A stretch of DNA of 64,000 bases from the NCBI GenBank assembly GCA_028865725.1, contig JAGWJP010000001.1:55377-119376 (forward strand), in the 5' to 3' direction. Numbering within the stretch: the stretch's first letter is position 1; each line of letters starts with the position of its first letter. A program made the translations under genes and the position numbers. Below are positions 60,165 through 64,000 of the stretch, piece by piece. The notes below the pieces were generated by a model. The model was not told the origin of the DNA. It worked only from the letters and a program-made list of their open reading frames with translations, and ran no database searches. The DNA comes from Patescibacteria group bacterium (GTDB taxonomy: Bacteria; Patescibacteriota; Minisyncoccia; UBA6257; JACRHW01).

Positions 60165-60857
60165 GGCAGACCAATCCCAGGTAGATTCTAATAATGATTC
60201 TTTGTTTGCACCATAATAGAGGAGAGTGTCATAGATGATTTCTACGGGGGTTCTGCGTTTAATAGTATTCGGATCTATATTATTGTCTTTTGCCCACTTT
60301 TTAAGAACCTCCTCTTGTTGATCCCAATTTTTATCCAATGATTCCTGGAGCACGTCTTTTGTTACCAGGCTCCATTTGAGTTGCGGTGTCGGTTTTGTTG
60401 CAAATTCTTGGTCGTTATACCAATCCTGTGATTTCCAAAACAAATTCGTTTTCTTCTTTGCGGGATCTCCCAATGCATCATCGGACCCGAATTGTTCTCG
60501 CAATTGTTTGATGGTAAGCAGGTTTCCATCCTTATCATGCGATACCCGCAACACAAGCATCATCTTAAGATGTTTTGCTTGTTCAAGCTCTTCTCGAGTA
60601 AACGGGATGTTTTCAATCTCCTGCAATTCTTCAGGGGTAAGTTCGACGCCATATGTCGTTTTAACCGATTCGGGTCCCAGAAAATCTTTGCCGAATAGTT
60701 CTCTGGCTTCATTGAATTCGATGTTTGTTTCTTTAGCTTCAGGTATGAGATTCTCTTTTTTGGCAATGTCTAAAGCCTGCTCAACCTTTTTCTGAGTAGA
60801 AGTCTTGTATTTATTCGGTTCGTATTCGTCGTAAATTTTGTAAGCTTCAAAAGGCAT
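60045..60857 (-). CDS. DGR2 target paralog C
   Basis: VR at the 3' end matches TR2. Confidence 0.93.
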   Translation of the reverse strand: MPFEAYKIYDEYEPNKYKTSTQKKVEQALDIAKKENLIPEAKETNIEFNEARELFGKDFLGPESVKTTYGVELTPEELQEIENIPFTREELEQAKHLKMMLVLRVSHDKDGNLLTIKQLREQFGSDDALGDPAKKKTNLFWKSQDWYNDQEFATKPTPQLKWSLVTKDVLQESLDKNWDQQEEVLKKWAKDNNIDPNTIKRRTPVEIIYDTLLYYGANKESLLESTWDWSAVQSSDGSFVDVGSFDSGGLDVSDDTRDGTSSSLGVCPSR

Positions 60858-61180
60858 AGCTATTTCTTTAACTATACAGAATATGAAACATTTTTGCCAA
60901 CTTTCGCAATCATAAAACGTATGCCATACTAATGGCGAGCTTTGTTACTAGAGATTAGGCTGCATAGGTTTAATCTTACGGATCTCCTTTTTGCATATTC
61001 CGCCGGAGTTTCTGTGGCATATCGGTTATAGAAAGCGCGCGGTGGCAAAACGTAAGAACAACGAAACTACGTGTTTTGTTTCAATGTGGATGCCTTGTGC
61101 ACGGGCTGCCACTACGTAAAATTCAGGAGATATTTCCTTGTTGAAATTATCCGGTGATGGGGAAGGAACAAAACACACAG

Positions 61181-61300
61181 GTTCAGTCGTCCGACGGCAA
61201 CTTCGTCAACGTTGGCAACTTCGATTCGGACGGTCTCAACGTCAACAACGATACCCGCGACAACACGAACTCCAATCTGGGCGTCTGTCCCTCTCGGTAG
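61181..61300 (+). ncRNA. DGR2 template repeat (TR2)
   Basis: AAC-rich, gttcagtcgtccgac...ccctctcggtag; inverted relative to its three VRs. Confidence 0.95.
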
Positions 61301-61314
61301 TTTTGTTAATCTGG

Positions 61315-61345
61315 ATGAAGAGGCCTTCTTAGAAGGCCTCTTCAT
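61315..61345. terminator. Perfect 14-bp hairpin between TR2 and the avd stop
   Basis: atgaagaggccttc-tta-gaaggcctcttcat. Confidence 0.7.
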
Positions 61346-61719
61346 TACTCTCGCGTTGATCGGATCCATCCGCCAAGCATTTTGCCAATTTCCTGGATAT
61401 GGTTTTGGCAAACAACGTATCGCTTATCGCTCAGCGCATCAACGTCGTTTGTTAATCGGATAAAAACTTTTAACATATCAAGCTTGCCGCTTGCAGATTC
61501 TAGTATGGGTAATTTGCGATCTTTTGTGATTTGGGCGGCCAACATAATATCCTTCAAGATTTGTAAAATATATTCTTCGCAATATTGGCCTAACGTATAG
61601 CGATCTTTCTTTGGGAAATCGAGCTCGAAAATGTAGAACTCTTTGAAAAAATCATACGTTTTTTTGAAGATAGGGATATCTAAGCTAAATTTTCCATCAT
61701 AGCCATGAGAGTTTTCCAT
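61345..61719 (-). CDS. avd: DGR2 Avd
   Basis: DIPIFKKTY...KDRYTLG...EIGKMLGGWIR, homologous to 22646..22996; start moved to MENSHG. Confidence 0.87.
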   Translation of the reverse strand: MENSHGYDGKFSLDIPIFKKTYDFFKEFYIFELDFPKKDRYTLGQYCEEYILQILKDIMLAAQITKDRKLPILESASGKLDMLKVFIRLTNDVDALSDKRYVVCQNHIQEIGKMLGGWIRSTRE

Positions 61720-62757
61720 AATATTTTTGATCAAATTATTAATATAGAGAATTTGGTTACTTCGTGGAGAGAATTTCGGATTGGCAAAAAACATCGCCGC
61801 GATACACTTATTTTTGAATATCGGTTGGAGGATAATCTCTGGTATCTTCGGAGGGTGCTTGAGGATAGAACGTACAAGCATTCCGGATACTTCTCTTTCT
61901 TTGTACAAGACCCGAAGGTCCGGCATATCCATAAAGCATCGGTTCGGGATCGAGTGTTACACCACGCGATTGTGAAACATCTTAACCCAATTTTCGAACC
62001 AACATTTATTTATGATTCCTATTCTTGCAGAATTAATAAAGGCACTCATCGAGGAATCAAAGCTTTTACTAAACATGCTCGGCAAGTCAGCAAAAACTGG
62101 ACAAGCACATGCTGGGTACTGAAATGCGACATCAGAAAATTTTTTGCCACCATCGATCACAATGTTTTGCTCGATATACTCTTTAGACATATTGCCGATC
62201 CTGACACGCGATGGTTACTACGCGAGGTTGTTTCAAGTTTTCGTTCGGAGTTTACGGTTGATCCGGAAAACCCCAAAGGAGTGCCTATCGGCAATCTTAC
62301 CTCGCAACTTTTTGCCAACGTGTACCTGAACGAGCTCGACCAATTTGTAAAGCATCAGTTGAAAGAAAAACACTACATTCGTTATGCCGATGATTTTGTG
62401 ATACTACACCCCCAAAGAGATCACTGTTTAGATATTGTGAAACGTATCACTACATTCCTTAAAGAATTTCTCAAGCTTGAATTGCATCCCAATAAAGTTA
62501 CTGTTAGAAAATTTAGCCAAGGCGTAGATTTTTTGGGTTACGTTTCTTTTCCTCATTTTGTGATACCGAGAAATAAAACCAGGAACAGAGTATTCAATAA
62601 AATACATGACAATATTTTGCTCTATAAACGTGGCCAATGGACGCTCGAGTCACTAAATCAAAGCATTCATTCATATCTTGGAATTTTATCTCACAGTAAT
62701 TCATTTGATCTCCAACAGGAGCTTGAAAATCAGATATTTTTTTGGCTGACAGAATAA
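61705..62757 (+). CDS. DGR2 reverse transcriptase
   Basis: RDRVLHHA, GVPIGNLTSQLFAN, YIRYADD, GVDFLGY. Confidence 0.95.
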   Translation: MRVFHNIFDQIINIENLVTSWREFRIGKKHRRDTLIFEYRLEDNLWYLRRVLEDRTYKHSGYFSFFVQDPKVRHIHKASVRDRVLHHAIVKHLNPIFEPTFIYDSYSCRINKGTHRGIKAFTKHARQVSKNWTSTCWVLKCDIRKFFATIDHNVLLDILFRHIADPDTRWLLREVVSSFRSEFTVDPENPKGVPIGNLTSQLFANVYLNELDQFVKHQLKEKHYIRYADDFVILHPQRDHCLDIVKRITTFLKEFLKLELHPNKVTVRKFSQGVDFLGYVSFPHFVIPRNKTRNRVFNKIHDNILLYKRGQWTLESLNQSIHSYLGILSHSNSFDLQQELENQIFFWLTE

Positions 62758-62819
62758 GCAATCATCTCTACATTATCCTTCGGATTTCCTGGTACATTGT
62801 TGACTAATACGCATGTAGC

Positions 62820-63932
62820 CTATAGCTCCGGAAAGATTGCTCTCACCTTCGCTTCGTGTTCCTCAATGGTTTTCTGATCTGGCTCAACGGTAGCGATATC
62901 AATCGTCACATCCTCCTCGAACGGCATCGTCTCTTTCTCATGAAAGAGGCGGTTCTTTGTGGTATTCGATTCCTCGTCTATGTTTGTCGCAGTTCGGATC
63001 GCCTTGTTGAGCTGCTCCATGTTTTCCCGCAAGGCAGCGAGTCTCTCGGAGACATGCTCCGCCATATCTGTCTCGTAGATGGGGGAAAGCTTTTTGAACA
63101 CAGTCTCGAAACCAAGGAGAATGGCATAGCCATTGATGAGCAGTTGTCGCCGTTCGGCAAATATTTTCGCTATTTCCTCATCTTTGAATCTGAGAAACAA
63201 TGTCCCGTTTTTTCTGAATTCTTCAAACAATGTCTGTGCATAGAGAAGGTTTGAGAGCATCGTCACACTCATACCATATCGACTGAAGGCGCCTGGTTCT
63301 CGGTTTCCTGCAAGGCTGCAAATCAAGAGCTCTTGGTCGAGATGCTCGTCCGTGTGATCGGGGTCATTTTCAGCGTACACGAGGCCAAGGTTCGGGTCGT
63401 AAGTGTCGACCCGCTTTTTGAAATCCTTGACGAATGCATATGCTCCGCCAAAGGCATAGAGACTTGTTCCGGTGATCACTGTATTGTTAAAGGTTTCGAA
63501 TGCTCTTTTTTCATCAAGTTCGCCTTTGAGGCTCGGCTCGATATTCAGGTTTTCGAAAATCATGGCAGCCGAGGCGAACTCACTATCGTAGAGACCCTTG
63601 CTCCAAAGTTTCTCTTTTCTGGTTTCTTCCTCAGTACGCTCCCTCAAGGCAAGCTCTCCAGAGGCGACATGCTTGCGTAACGTTTTTCTTGCTTTCACCT
63701 TGCTTTGGAACCACCGTTTCAAAAGTTCAGCATCATCGCTTGCCGCAAGCGGTGTGTATTCTTCGATGAGCCCATCGTCAAGCCAGCGTCGGCATGCCTC
63801 GCGAAGCATGGCCTTGATGGTCATAGTATGCTCTTTGGCATAGTGCTGCATCGCCTTCGTCACGGCATCGTGGATGTCATCGTCCTCCTCACGCGCTTCT
63901 TGATCCTTGGCTAGCGGATCGCCCGTAATCAC
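62820..63932 (-). CDS. Hypothetical protein, probably truncated by the window edge
   Basis: 370-aa open frame with no recognisable motif. Confidence 0.55.
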   Translation of the reverse strand: MITGDPLAKDQEAREEDDDIHDAVTKAMQHYAKEHTMTIKAMLREACRRWLDDGLIEEYTPLAASDDAELLKRWFQSKVKARKTLRKHVASGELALRERTEEETRKEKLWSKGLYDSEFASAAMIFENLNIEPSLKGELDEKRAFETFNNTVITGTSLYAFGGAYAFVKDFKKRVDTYDPNLGLVYAENDPDHTDEHLDQELLICSLAGNREPGAFSRYGMSVTMLSNLLYAQTLFEEFRKNGTLFLRFKDEEIAKIFAERRQLLINGYAILLGFETVFKKLSPIYETDMAEHVSERLAALRENMEQLNKAIRTATNIDEESNTTKNRLFHEKETMPFEEDVTIDIATVEPDQKTIEEHEAKVRAIFPEL

Positions 63933-64000
63933 GACCCCATGGCTTTTGAGAAAATACCGGGCTACCTCAAGGAGGGGTATGCAGGCGAAATAGTGGAAGA

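Larger units (their letters stand above)
52905..64000. mobile_element. Island 2: serine recombinase plus DGR2 locus; right end not found in the window
   Basis: Recombinase about 150 bp from the tRNA-Arg 3' end and pointing toward it; accessory cargo; no att duplicate seen. Confidence 0.55.

Noticed and set aside
54447-60191. Three ~180-bp repeats considered as a CRISPR array or IS ends
   Set aside because: They are kilobases apart, lie at gene 3' ends and differ at TR adenines, so they are DGR VRs plus tails; no cas or transposase gene is seen
61720-61932. N-terminal extension of the 195-aa avd ORF
   Set aside because: It lies antisense inside the RT; homology with the first Avd begins only at DIPIFKKTY
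52833-64000. Searched for a duplicated tRNA-Arg 3' end marking the right boundary of island 2
   Set aside because: None found by eye; the boundary may lie beyond the window or use a very short core

Overview
A bacterial chromosome segment, most likely Patescibacteria/CPR (inferred from gene content and style, not from a marker gene). Housekeeping blocks (xfp, rny, HU, ECF sigma factors, MacAB-like ABC system, HtrA, murB, seven tRNAs) are interrupted by two tRNA-anchored islands, each with a large serine recombinase. Island 1 sits at tRNA-His (~7.9-27.0 kb). It carries a primase-helicase, an Abi/UG-like reverse transcriptase with a helical region and a possible C-terminal winged helix, a type III R-M system, a PIN protein, a complete single-target diversity-generating retroelement (DGR1) and a ccdA/redoxin pair. 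Its recombinase reads into the tRNA, and two alternative right ends each encode an in-frame replacement C-terminus. Island 2 sits next to tRNA-Arg(CCT) (~53 kb onward) and holds the most striking system: DGR2, whose single template repeat diversifies three paralogous target genes interleaved in one operon with a MoxR-type AAA+ ATPase and a HExxxH/vWA protein. Both DGRs have avd antisense and head-to-head with the RT, and both have periodic CTTG arrays just 3' of the variable regions. Between the islands lies a same-strand array of accessory genes, including a Fic protein with a possible ADP-ribosyltransferase domain. All alignments and counts were done by eye.
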